DNA of 55,138 bases. It comes from a virus. Lineage: Duplodnaviria > Caudoviricetes. Positions 46,752 to 55,138 of this stretch are shown here, in pieces. The DNA lies in IMG/VR virus record IMGVR_UViG_3300027861_000039, positions 1 to 55,138 of that record. One strand, written 5' to 3'. A program made the translations under genes and the position numbers. Each line of letters begins with the position of its first letter. Within the stretch, counting starts at the first letter, position 1. The notes beneath the pieces were generated by a model. That model saw nothing but the letters and a program-made list of their open reading frames with translations. It was not told the origin of the DNA and made no database searches.

Positions 46752-47196
46752 AAAACCTATTATACTTTACTTCTTTGGTGTCTATATGAACCCAACCGCC
46801 CTGAATATCTTCCATTCTAATATCAAACTCTTCTAACCACGGCAATATCATCTCTCTTACATCAGAGCAGTTTGGTATTCCACTTATGTGAAAATCTATA
46901 GCCTGTCCAAATATATGTCCTGATTTTGTAGATTTTGAGCCAATAAATAAGTTATAGTCTTGACCGTCTCGAGCGTGACCTGGACAGTTTACTTTTTTAG
47001 GTCTAATCCAAACATGAACGGCAACAGGCTTACCGATGCGATCTCTAATTTCGTCCATTATATTAGCTAGTTTTAAAATTTCTTTCTTTTCTTCTTCAGA
47101 AGGTTTGTGGTAAATATCCCAACTAGGAAGATACGTTGCTTCTTTAACTGTAAAATGTTTTGAAATTTTCTCTTTAGGGTTATCCCAGTTGATCAT
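46741..47196 (-). CDS. Peptidase M15-family endolysin
   Basis: SKHFT, W.R, SGHIFGQAIDF, GWVHID; likely start MINWD after AGGA. Confidence 0.8.
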   Translation of the reverse strand: MINWDNPKEKISKHFTVKEATYLPSWDIYHKPSEEEKKEILKLANIMDEIRDRIGKPVAVHVWIRPKKVNCPGHARDGQDYNLFIGSKSTKSGHIFGQAIDFHISGIPNCSDVREMILPWLEEFDIRMEDIQGGWVHIDTKEVKYNRFFKP

Positions 47197-47972
47197 AGTC
47201 GATTCCTTTGGAGAGAGTTCTAATGGGGCTATCGCTTTTTTGCCAAAAATAGATTTTAGAAATTTCATTAATAAATTCAGCACCGTATTTCCTTTTTAAA
47301 AGCCAGTAGCATATCTTCTTATTAAGGTTCATTAGTTTAGACCATTTTGAGCCGGCTTCTAAGCGAGTAAACATTAGCCATTTTCCACTAGTCTCGCCGT
47401 GCGGCGTTAAACAAGTAATTATATTTGCAAAAAAGAAAATCGGGAAAAATAACCAAGATATTTTATATCCAGCGCTATTAAGCCAGAAAAACCAATCCCT
47501 AGGGTGATACTGAAAACTAGTATCCCACTTACCGTCAGGTTTTTTAAATATTAATCTAGGTTTATCAGGACAGGCGTTGTCAAAGCACATAAAGCGGCTC
47601 AGACCGTGCTTGGCAATATCCTTATGGTAGGATAGCCCTTCGTCTTCTAAAAGCCTGGAGAAGGCTGATATAGCCGTTATATTGTCATGGCTGATCTTAC
47701 GAATCTGTGCTTTATCTCCATTTAGAGATTCGCCAGCTCCACGATCATATAAGCCTTTTACTTTATTTAAATCCCCGTCATTAGCCGTTATGTTTTCGAC
47801 TATAATTTGGAACTGTGCAACATCGGCGTGCGATAATGTTCCTTTTATTTGTTTTAGGATTAAATACTCTGAAAAAAAAAAGAATACCATTTTCGTTGTA
47901 TCTTTTTCCTTCTTCAGCGATTGGTTCAAGCTCCATACCGTGATAGTTGGAAACCCATTTGTCAATATCCAT
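47180..47972 (-). pseudogene. Single gene split by a T10 homopolymer (needs T9)
   Basis: MDIDKW..ENGILFF (frame 1) joins SEYLILKQ.. (+1 frame) at 47872-47881. Confidence 0.65.
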
Positions 47973-47974
47973 AA

Positions 47975-48709
47975 TTATTCCTTATATATAAACATATATC
48001 CTTTTGTTTGTTTTCTTTTGTTTTTCAGTATTTGATGTATATTTCCAGCACTTAATTCTAAATCTCTAGCAGCCTCTTGGATGGAATTATAAATATTACC
48101 ATTATTTACACATTTAATAACATGTCCCAGTTCTTTAGCTATTGATTTTACCTTTAAGTGTCTTTTTTTTCTTTTAAGTTCGTATTTATTGTTTAATTTT
48201 TGATCAATATACCTAAAAGCATACCCTTCAGCCTTGTCGGATATACCTCTTAATACACTACTAATATTACTTTTACATATTCCAGTAGAAACTGAAGCTT
48301 CTTTTAAAGAGTCGTAAACACATTTTGTTTCTAAACACACTACACCCACAACACCACTTCCACCTACATTTTTATATCTACTAGATATAACTTTAGCAAT
48401 TGTTTCTTTTGATCTTTTAGAGTTTCCACCACCCTCTCTTAAGTTGTATCCATTGGGAGCTAAGCTATTGAATTTATGTATTAAAAGCCATTCTTTATAG
48501 TTTAGTTCACTCATAGAGTTTGCGCCGTCAATTTCTTCTATAGTGAAATTTTCTGGTCCGTATTTGCGGATAGCTCTGTATAGATAAGTGTCTCTTCTAA
48601 GATATTTTGATACCGTTTTATGGTTTTCCCATCTTTCTTTGATTTTTCTAATAGTTTGACCTATATAAATCTTACCGTCAATTTTATTTGTTATTTTATA
48701 TATTAACAT
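47975..48709 (-). CDS. GIY-YIG homing endonuclease (copy 5)
   Basis: LIYKITN..YIGQT..NGYN; two NUMOD1-like HTH repeats; late motif 4 nt before ATG. Confidence 0.9.
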   Translation of the reverse strand: MLIYKITNKIDGKIYIGQTIRKIKERWENHKTVSKYLRRDTYLYRAIRKYGPENFTIEEIDGANSMSELNYKEWLLIHKFNSLAPNGYNLREGGGNSKRSKETIAKVISSRYKNVGGSGVVGVVCLETKCVYDSLKEASVSTGICKSNISSVLRGISDKAEGYAFRYIDQKLNNKYELKRKKRHLKVKSIAKELGHVIKCVNNGNIYNSIQEAARDLELSAGNIHQILKNKRKQTKGYMFIYKE

Positions 48710-48755
48710 AACTTAAAGATTGCTATAATTTATATTTTTTATGGTATTATAGGGT

Positions 48756-50252
48756 ATGAAAATCATTATAGAGTCACCAACTTACGCCTATTTACATAAT
48801 ACCACGGCTGAAGAGGTTGAAACATTAAAAAAGCAATTTGCGTTTAAAAACGGTAAGATAGAAGAGCAAATAAAAAGAACTCGAAGAAAGGGCTACTGGA
48901 AAAGGCGTGACCCTGAAGGATTTCAACAACATATAGATGCTTTGAAGGCTCAAGTAGATGATAACGTATTAAAAACAGACGGGGCTTTGTATTATTTAAA
49001 GCCAGGCTCTATTTCTTATATTGAAGGTATTAATTTTGATATTGAAAATAAAATAACATACCCAGAATTAAAACCTTTAAACTGGAAGGTAGAGCCAGAA
49101 TTTACGCCCTACCAATACCAATATGATTCTGTCAGGAACTTGTTAAGAATTGGTCATGGTAATGTTTGTTTGCCGACTGGATGCGGTAAATCTTTCATAC
49201 TTTTAATGTTATCTAGACTTATCGGTGAGAGCGTGGTTGTTGTGACGCCTTCTAAGGCAATTTTTAGAGAGCTACTAGCAGAATTCCAACTAAGACTAGG
49301 TAAAGATAAGGTTGGAGGCTACGGCGACGGATTAAAAGATATTAAAAAACCGATCACTATTGTAATTGGTAAATCTATTACTATGTTAAAAGAGGGAACT
49401 CCTCAATATGAGTTCTTTAAAAGTAAGCAAGCTCTACTGGTTGATGAGTCCCATACTTGGGGAGCTGATACGTTAGAAAGTGTTTGTCATGGAGTGTTAA
49501 AAGACGCTCCACGTAGATTCTTCATGTCAGCCACTCAAACTCGAGGAGACGGTACTGTAAAACTTCTTCAATCTATTATTGGAGAAACCGTATTAGAGAT
49601 GTCTTTACTAGAGGCAATACAATCAAAATACTTATGTCCTTTACGTTTTTATATTAAGAAGACCTTTAGCCCATCTGTATTGAAGAAAAAAGACCCGTTA
49701 GAGTGTAAAAGAACGCACTTTCTATATAACCAAGAAGTGGCTAAATTTTACGGTCAGATCGCAAACGCTATGTGGAAAGTGAATCAGGAAAGTACTTTAA
49801 TTTTAGTGGAAGAATTGGTTCAGATTAAAATGTTAGTAGATTTATTAGACGTTCCATTCGCTTACGTCCATGGAGGCTCTAAAAAGGAAGCCGCCAAGTG
49901 GGGATTAGAAAAAGTAAACCTAACTACTGAAATTGAAAGATTTAATAATGGAGAGATTAAGGTTTTAATTGGAACTAAAGCTATTGCTACAGGAACTAAT
50001 ATGTACCCGACTCATAACACATGTAATTGGGTGGGTGGGGCTTCTGAGATTATAACTAAGCAAGGCGCTATGGGGCGATCTACCAGATGGATGAAGAAAA
50101 AATATGCAAAATTTCATAAACCTAAAACTCACACTAAAGTTTGGGATGTTGACGTTACTGGACAGCAAATTCTTACAAATATGCTAAAAAAACGTGTTAA
50201 ATACTACAGCGAAGCTTTAGATGAAGATCAACACATCAAACTGGTTAGTTAG
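48756..50252 (+). CDS. SF2 DNA helicase (UvsW/XPB-like)
   Basis: PYQYQ, LPTGCGKS, LVDESH, MSAT, QGAMGR. Confidence 0.85.
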   Translation: MKIIIESPTYAYLHNTTAEEVETLKKQFAFKNGKIEEQIKRTRRKGYWKRRDPEGFQQHIDALKAQVDDNVLKTDGALYYLKPGSISYIEGINFDIENKITYPELKPLNWKVEPEFTPYQYQYDSVRNLLRIGHGNVCLPTGCGKSFILLMLSRLIGESVVVVTPSKAIFRELLAEFQLRLGKDKVGGYGDGLKDIKKPITIVIGKSITMLKEGTPQYEFFKSKQALLVDESHTWGADTLESVCHGVLKDAPRRFFMSATQTRGDGTVKLLQSIIGETVLEMSLLEAIQSKYLCPLRFYIKKTFSPSVLKKKDPLECKRTHFLYNQEVAKFYGQIANAMWKVNQESTLILVEELVQIKMLVDLLDVPFAYVHGGSKKEAAKWGLEKVNLTTEIERFNNGEIKVLIGTKAIATGTNMYPTHNTCNWVGGASEIITKQGAMGRSTRWMKKKYAKFHKPKTHTKVWDVDVTGQQILTNMLKKRVKYYSEALDEDQHIKLVS

Positions 50253-50260
50253 GAGTAAAT

Positions 50261-51298
50261 ATAAGTAAACCTAAAGATAGAGAGTTTCAGAAACTCGCAG
50301 TTAGAATTAAAAAAGTCATTGAAGACAACGAAGGTCTTATTGGAGACCAACAGGCTCAGGTGGAAAAACTGGTTGAGCTTGAACGTAAATTTCGTAATGA
50401 CATATGTAAATACGCTAGAGCTACTGAAGTTTATAGTATGTTTATTAGCTATGTTGATGATAAGGAAAATGGGCTTGGAAGTATTCTAAGCGCTCAGCCT
50501 TTTTTTAGAGAAGTATCTAAGACTTTTAGTAAGAGTATATCTCCAGCTATTAGGGATAAGAAACCTCAAGAACTAATGAAGTTTGATATAAACTATCAAC
50601 TTATTAAATTCATTGCTGACAATTGGGGTGGACCTTTGCCGGCAAGGTCTCAAAAATATTTAGCCCAACTAACCGAAGCTAGACGAATTTTAATAGAAAA
50701 CAACTTACCGTTAGCTATCAATAGAGCTAAGATATTTTACAACAAAACACCCAAAACACACTTAAATCTGTTGGATTTAATAGATATATGTGTTTATGGG
50801 CTTATAGTTGGGGTTGATAAGTTTGCAGCTGATTATTCTAAAGTTTGGTGCTCGGTAGGTATTGGTAGAATGGTTGGTTTTATGATTGAAGAGTATTCTA
50901 AATCATTTATTAGAATGTATCCTTCAGATAAGAAAATCCTATATAGAGCAAACGCTTTAAAGCATAGACTTAAAATTGAGAATGTTACGGAATTAACTGA
51001 AGCAGTAAACGAGAGTTTTTATAAGGATAAGGAAGAGGGTATTAAAACGCCGGCTCTTCCAGTTACTGAAATACATATTAGAACTTTGATGAACAGCTCT
51101 ACATATATTAGCGCTGACAGTAAGATTGGTTCAGACGACGACGATGAAGGAGGCTGCATATACGACTACACAGCACATCCAGACTCAGTAGAGGACGGCG
51201 TTGAAAAAAGAGACGTTATAAAGAAAATACTAGAAACCAGCGGTGAGTTAGCCGTTATTGAAAGAAAAATAATCAGACTAAAAGGAGTAGAGTTATGA
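50261..51298 (+). CDS. Phage sigma70-family factor (ATA start; region 4 truncated)
   Basis: LIENNLPLAINRAK..DLI....GLI..VDKF (region 2); in-frame ATA 5 nt after AGGAG; ends ERKIIRLKGVEL. Confidence 0.8.
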   Translation: MSKPKDREFQKLAVRIKKVIEDNEGLIGDQQAQVEKLVELERKFRNDICKYARATEVYSMFISYVDDKENGLGSILSAQPFFREVSKTFSKSISPAIRDKKPQELMKFDINYQLIKFIADNWGGPLPARSQKYLAQLTEARRILIENNLPLAINRAKIFYNKTPKTHLNLLDLIDICVYGLIVGVDKFAADYSKVWCSVGIGRMVGFMIEEYSKSFIRMYPSDKKILYRANALKHRLKIENVTELTEAVNESFYKDKEEGIKTPALPVTEIHIRTLMNSSTYISADSKIGSDDDDEGGCIYDYTAHPDSVEDGVEKRDVIKKILETSGELAVIERKIIRLKGVEL

Positions 51299-51594
51299 TT
51301 AAATCGTACAATCAGGTAATTATATGTGAGCCTTATAGTGGTTCAAAAGGTTTGAGAACAAAAATTTCTTCTGGACTTGCCTCAGTTGAGCAAAAAACAG
51401 GAGTTATTGGATTGAAAGTGTTAAAAGATGCAATAATTGACGAAAATCTTAAAATAGCTGCAGGAAGTGTGGTATTTATTAAGGAGGAGATTCTGTCTAC
51501 GCATCCTTTTTACACCACAAAACACTCGTGTAAGGGATTTAAAGGTGAATTTGTTTTGGCTAATTTTGCCCACGTTCAATTTATTGAAGGATAA
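51295..51594 (+). CDS. GroES-like co-chaperonin
   Basis: 99 aa; IKS.NQVII, mobile-loop-like TKISSGL, KIAAGSVVF, GEFVL. Confidence 0.55.
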   Translation: MIKSYNQVIICEPYSGSKGLRTKISSGLASVEQKTGVIGLKVLKDAIIDENLKIAAGSVVFIKEEILSTHPFYTTKHSCKGFKGEFVLANFAHVQFIEG

Positions 51595-51596
51595 CT

Positions 51597-52070
51597 ATGG
51601 ATTTAAGAAAAATTAAAACTTATATGAAAATGGCTACCGATCTTAGTGAGTTATCGCCGGATGAGGAAACTCAAGTAGGAGCCGTTATGTTAAGCCCTGC
51701 CGGTAGGATTATAGCAACTAGTTTTAATGGCTTCTTACGTGGCGCTCCTGACGATAAGCTTCCTAAAACTAGGGAAGGTACGCCAAACAAATATGAATTC
51801 ATTCAGCACGCTGAAAGAAATATGCTTTATAATTGTGCATATGAAGGGATTAGAACTAAAGATACAACCGTTGTTTGTACTTTAAGTCCTTGCTTTGAAT
51901 GTTTAAGGGCTTGTTTTCAGTCTGGAGTTCGCACAATATATTTTAAAGAACTGTACCATAGGTTTGAAGATATTTACGTTTACATGCATCTAAAAGATGT
52001 TGACGTTCAAGTTTACACCTTAAAGAATGGCTTTACTCAACTGTCTATGTTTGAAAAGGGTAACGATTGA
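51597..52070 (+). CDS. dCMP deaminase
   Basis: QVGAV, FNG, HAERN, PCFEC. Confidence 0.9.
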   Translation: MDLRKIKTYMKMATDLSELSPDEETQVGAVMLSPAGRIIATSFNGFLRGAPDDKLPKTREGTPNKYEFIQHAERNMLYNCAYEGIRTKDTTVVCTLSPCFECLRACFQSGVRTIYFKELYHRFEDIYVYMHLKDVDVQVYTLKNGFTQLSMFEKGND

Positions 52071-53065
52071 AAATACTACGAGTTGGCGACCCACACGTTC
52101 AAGTATCAAATCTAAAAGACTCTAAGAAGTTGATGGATTTTGCTATTGAATCTGCTATTGAATATAAGTGCGATACTATTGAATTTCTTGGAGATTTGTT
52201 CCACACTCATGCTATTATGAGGATAGAAGTAGTAGATTTTTGGCAAAAAGTATTTGAAAAAATAGAGATTGAAAATATAGATTGTAGGGTTTTAGTGGGT
52301 AATCATGATCAGCCAGGCTCTAAAGAAAAAGAACAGGAAATGAACGCTTTAAATATTTTTGAAGATAATATTGGAGATTCTTTTAGGACCATTATAAACA
52401 AACCAATGATTATTGATAATATTGCATATATCCCATATATGAGTGATAAGCAAGACTTTATACACGCCGCTAAAATACTATATGAGCAGGGCGCTACTAA
52501 GCTTTTGGTAGCTCATCAAACATTTACTGGAGCAGTATATGAAAACGGCTTCTACGCTCCAGATGGTATTGACCCAGCGGAAGTTCCTCAAGAAAAAATT
52601 ATTAGTGGACATATTCATAAAAACCAAGAGATCGGCAAATGTTTATACCCAGGCACTCCTAAGTGGGACACTATGAGTGACGCTAATGAAGATAAAGGTA
52701 TATGGATTTTTGAACATGAAGAAGACGGCTCCTATGGGAATAATGGTTTTATTCCAACGTGTGATGTTGTAACTCCTATATATAAACATGTTATGAATGA
52801 AGGCGACCCAGAGCCAGAGTTTGTCGAAAACGCTAAGAACTACCTAGAGTTAGTAGGTAAGTCTGCTTGGATTACCAAGATCAAAAAGAAATACAAAGGT
52901 AAGGTTAATATTAAAGCTAGACCTACTGACAGAAAAAAGTCTTCTCTAGGTAGTCAAGAAAAACTATCTATAAAGAAATATTTAGAGGAAGATTTTGAAC
53001 AAATTGATGGAGTATCTAAAGAAGATATTCACAACTATTTAGAGGTTTTAAATGAGTCAGCCTAG
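52067..53065 (+). CDS. Mre11/SbcD-like metallophosphoesterase nuclease
   Basis: GDPH, GDLFH, GNHD, AHQ, SGHIH, YPGTP. Confidence 0.85.
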   Translation: MKILRVGDPHVQVSNLKDSKKLMDFAIESAIEYKCDTIEFLGDLFHTHAIMRIEVVDFWQKVFEKIEIENIDCRVLVGNHDQPGSKEKEQEMNALNIFEDNIGDSFRTIINKPMIIDNIAYIPYMSDKQDFIHAAKILYEQGATKLLVAHQTFTGAVYENGFYAPDGIDPAEVPQEKIISGHIHKNQEIGKCLYPGTPKWDTMSDANEDKGIWIFEHEEDGSYGNNGFIPTCDVVTPIYKHVMNEGDPEPEFVENAKNYLELVGKSAWITKIKKKYKGKVNIKARPTDRKKSSLGSQEKLSIKKYLEEDFEQIDGVSKEDIHNYLEVLNESA

Positions 53066-53426
53066 TCAAACTATTGTAGACGATCACAGAAATATGCTAC
53101 AAGTATCGAAAAAAATTTCAGTTTTCCAAGAAAACAACCTTAAGTCATGGGCTTTTTTGTTTTTTGATAACGTTGATAAGGTCGATATCTCTTGGGACTT
53201 TTTTAAAAAAAATGACAATAAAGACTTTTACGCAGGTAAGGTTACTTTTAACATCAAGCTTAAGAAAGGCTATAAAGTAGATTTAGAAAAGGCTAAAATA
53301 GGACTAGAGCAGTTAGACGCCTGTACTAAATTCCTATTTTGGAAAGAAACTAAAGTTGTAATTAAAAAAAGTGGTAAAGTATGGAAGGTAAAGAAATTGC
53401 CCAAGCAAGAGACGGCTTCAGCATAG
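53052..53426 (+). CDS. Hypothetical protein
   Basis: 124 aa, GAGG SD. Confidence 0.6.
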   Translation: MSQPSQTIVDDHRNMLQVSKKISVFQENNLKSWAFLFFDNVDKVDISWDFFKKNDNKDFYAGKVTFNIKLKKGYKVDLEKAKIGLEQLDACTKFLFWKETKVVIKKSGKVWKVKKLPKQETASA

Positions 53427-54055
53427 CTGAGATTGAAATCTTAGAAAAATTCAAAAACGACGGCTGTCCTGGTTTAACTAGGGTTGTTGACTCTGATGTG
53501 TTTCAGTGGTTTGAACTATATATGGCTGGCAAAACACATATAGAAATTTCAAACCTAACCAATAGTAGTAGAGATTTAATTCTTTATATAAGCGATAAAA
53601 GTAAATGGCACCAGAAGCGTCTTCAGTATTATACTGAAATTAATGATCATATGTTACAGAAATGCAATGAAGCTAAGGTATCGTCCGTCAATACGGTAGC
53701 TAACATGGTGACGGCTCTTAATAAGTATTTTGGCGACAAGTTCGATAAATATCTACAGACCAAAGATGAAACTATAATTGAAAATTTAGATACTAGACTG
53801 CTTGCTCAGTACTACAAAGCCACTGAATCTATTGATAAGTTGATTATAGCAGCCGGAGATAATGGTGATGTTGGTGGTGGAACTAGAGGTGGAAGATCAA
53901 CCGTTGTAAACGTTAACATGTTGGGCGGCGGTAAAGTAACACAAACTGATGATAACACTATAGAAATAGACCAATCCGATGATGAAAAAGCTAAGATAAC
54001 TGGTGAGATTCTGGCTGGACTGAGTAAACTCAAGAAGAGTAAGACTCAAGATTGA
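53381..54055 (+). CDS. HTH protein, possible terminase small subunit
   Basis: FELYMAGKTHIEIS..LI....W HTH-like segment, helical core, VNVN tail. Confidence 0.4.
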   Translation: MEGKEIAQARDGFSIAEIEILEKFKNDGCPGLTRVVDSDVFQWFELYMAGKTHIEISNLTNSSRDLILYISDKSKWHQKRLQYYTEINDHMLQKCNEAKVSSVNTVANMVTALNKYFGDKFDKYLQTKDETIIENLDTRLLAQYYKATESIDKLIIAAGDNGDVGGGTRGGRSTVVNVNMLGGGKVTQTDDNTIEIDQSDDEKAKITGEILAGLSKLKKSKTQD

Positions 54056-54109
54056 AAAACTATGGTATTATGTAATGCAGCAATCTAACTTCAACTATAG
54101 GAGATTTGA

Positions 54110-55069
54110 ATGAAAAAGTTTTTAGTTGCTCTTTTTGCAATATTTTTAAGTTTTACGATCAGCGCCGCTGAGGTAAAGCTAACCGCTGATAATACGGTGG
54201 TTCTTAGGGAAAGTTTTAACCCTAATTCGGTAACTTCCCTAAAGCAGGAGCTATTAAGGCTAAATGCTAATCTAAAAAGCGGATATCCGATTTACTTAGT
54301 ACTGTACACGCCTGGAGGTTCTATCCAGAAAGGTTTGGAGTTGTTCGAGTTTGTTAAAGGTCTTAATCGACCAGTACATACTGTTACAGTTTTTGCTGCT
54401 AGTATGGGATTTCAAACAGTTCAAAGCTTAGGTAAAAGATATATTCTAAAGTATGGAGTTCTGATGTCTCACAAAGCTCGAGGCGGTTTTTCTGGTGAGT
54501 TTGGAGGTGGATTATCCCAACTAGATTCCAGATATAATATGTGGTTAAAAAGAATTGATATGTTAGATCAGACTACTGTTGCTAGAACTAATGGAAAACA
54601 AACGCTCAAATCATATCGAGCAGCTTACGATAATGAACTGTGGTTAAATGGTCCTGAAGCTGTTAAGAAGGGATACGCTGACGAGGTAGCTACCGTTGTG
54701 TGTGATTCTACCCTAACATCTCAAAAGATCGAAAAAGTTTTTGATTTTGGATTCTTTAGAGCCAGACTGTTATTTTCAGGATGTCCTATGATTACATCTC
54801 CACTGGGGATTGTCGGTGAGCTACTGACCAATAAAGGATATATGACTGTTAAAGAGTTTTTAGCGGCTAATGGTAAGTTTGGTGAGAAGTGTAATGAAAA
54901 AGGTGTAAAACCCCGAAAAGATTACTATGGTAATATTATAAAAGGGAAGAAAGCTCAGCTATGCGCCTACGATAAAAAACTTACCTTTGATAAGGTTACT
55001 AAAGCCTTAGAAAAGAAAAATGAGTTTTTAAATAGAGATTTGAGAAATCACGTTGAATACTCTTACTAA
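54110..55069 (+). CDS. ClpP-like serine protease with signal peptide
   Basis: MKKFLVALFAIFLSFTISA-A; TPGGS, AASMG, LMSH, WL...EAV..GYADEV. Confidence 0.85.
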   Translation: MKKFLVALFAIFLSFTISAAEVKLTADNTVVLRESFNPNSVTSLKQELLRLNANLKSGYPIYLVLYTPGGSIQKGLELFEFVKGLNRPVHTVTVFAASMGFQTVQSLGKRYILKYGVLMSHKARGGFSGEFGGGLSQLDSRYNMWLKRIDMLDQTTVARTNGKQTLKSYRAAYDNELWLNGPEAVKKGYADEVATVVCDSTLTSQKIEKVFDFGFFRARLLFSGCPMITSPLGIVGELLTNKGYMTVKEFLAANGKFGEKCNEKGVKPRKDYYGNIIKGKKAQLCAYDKKLTFDKVTKALEKKNEFLNRDLRNHVEYSY

Positions 55070-55092
55070 ATAGACAATAAAAAAATAATACG

Positions 55093-55120
55093 AAAAGCCC
55101 TCCAAGTGAGGGCTTTTTTT
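55093..55120 (+). terminator. Intrinsic terminator
   Basis: AAAAGCCCTC-CAAGT-GAGGGCTTTT plus Ts; TGGTATTATA follows at 55122. Confidence 0.85.
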
Positions 55121-55138
55121 GTGGTATTATAGAGTGAC

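Noticed and set aside
1-55138. Stop-codon reassignment, CRISPR array, tRNA genes, DGR or integrase
   Set aside because: TAA, TAG and TGA all end well-defined genes and long ORFs are intact in code 11; no spaced repeats, cloverleafs, reverse transcriptase or recombinase seen by eye

Overview
A 55 kb segment of a large, AT-rich lytic myovirus with an SPO1/Herelleviridae-style morphogenesis gene set. It encodes tail fibre (partial), tube, sheath, neck proteins, prohead protease, scaffold, major capsid, terminase, portal and an intein-containing MuF-like protein. It also encodes GroEL- and GroES-like chaperonins, a sigma factor apparently lacking region 4.2, two SF2 helicases, an Mre11-like nuclease, dCMP deaminase, lysis enzymes and five related free-standing GIY-YIG endonucleases. 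The most interesting signal is a block of non-core genes (about 6-29 kb) whose proteins are punctuated by the same hydrophobic-x-K-[S/A/G] motif found at the capsid N-terminus, in the scaffold and in the protease. This suggests capsid-packaged polyproteins cut into effector modules by the prohead protease. The modules include an mCpol/Cas10-palm-like domain, a SAM-lyase-like domain, an ADP-ribosyltransferase-like domain and zincin-like domains. Two of these genes end in A_AAA_AAG sites whose -1 frame runs into the next ORF. Three promoter classes (sigma70-like, TGGTATTATA, CAATCTTTA), probable leaderless genes, ATT/ATA starts and a T10-frameshifted gene are visible. All family calls come from motif recognition by eye, with no database searches; the host is not determined.
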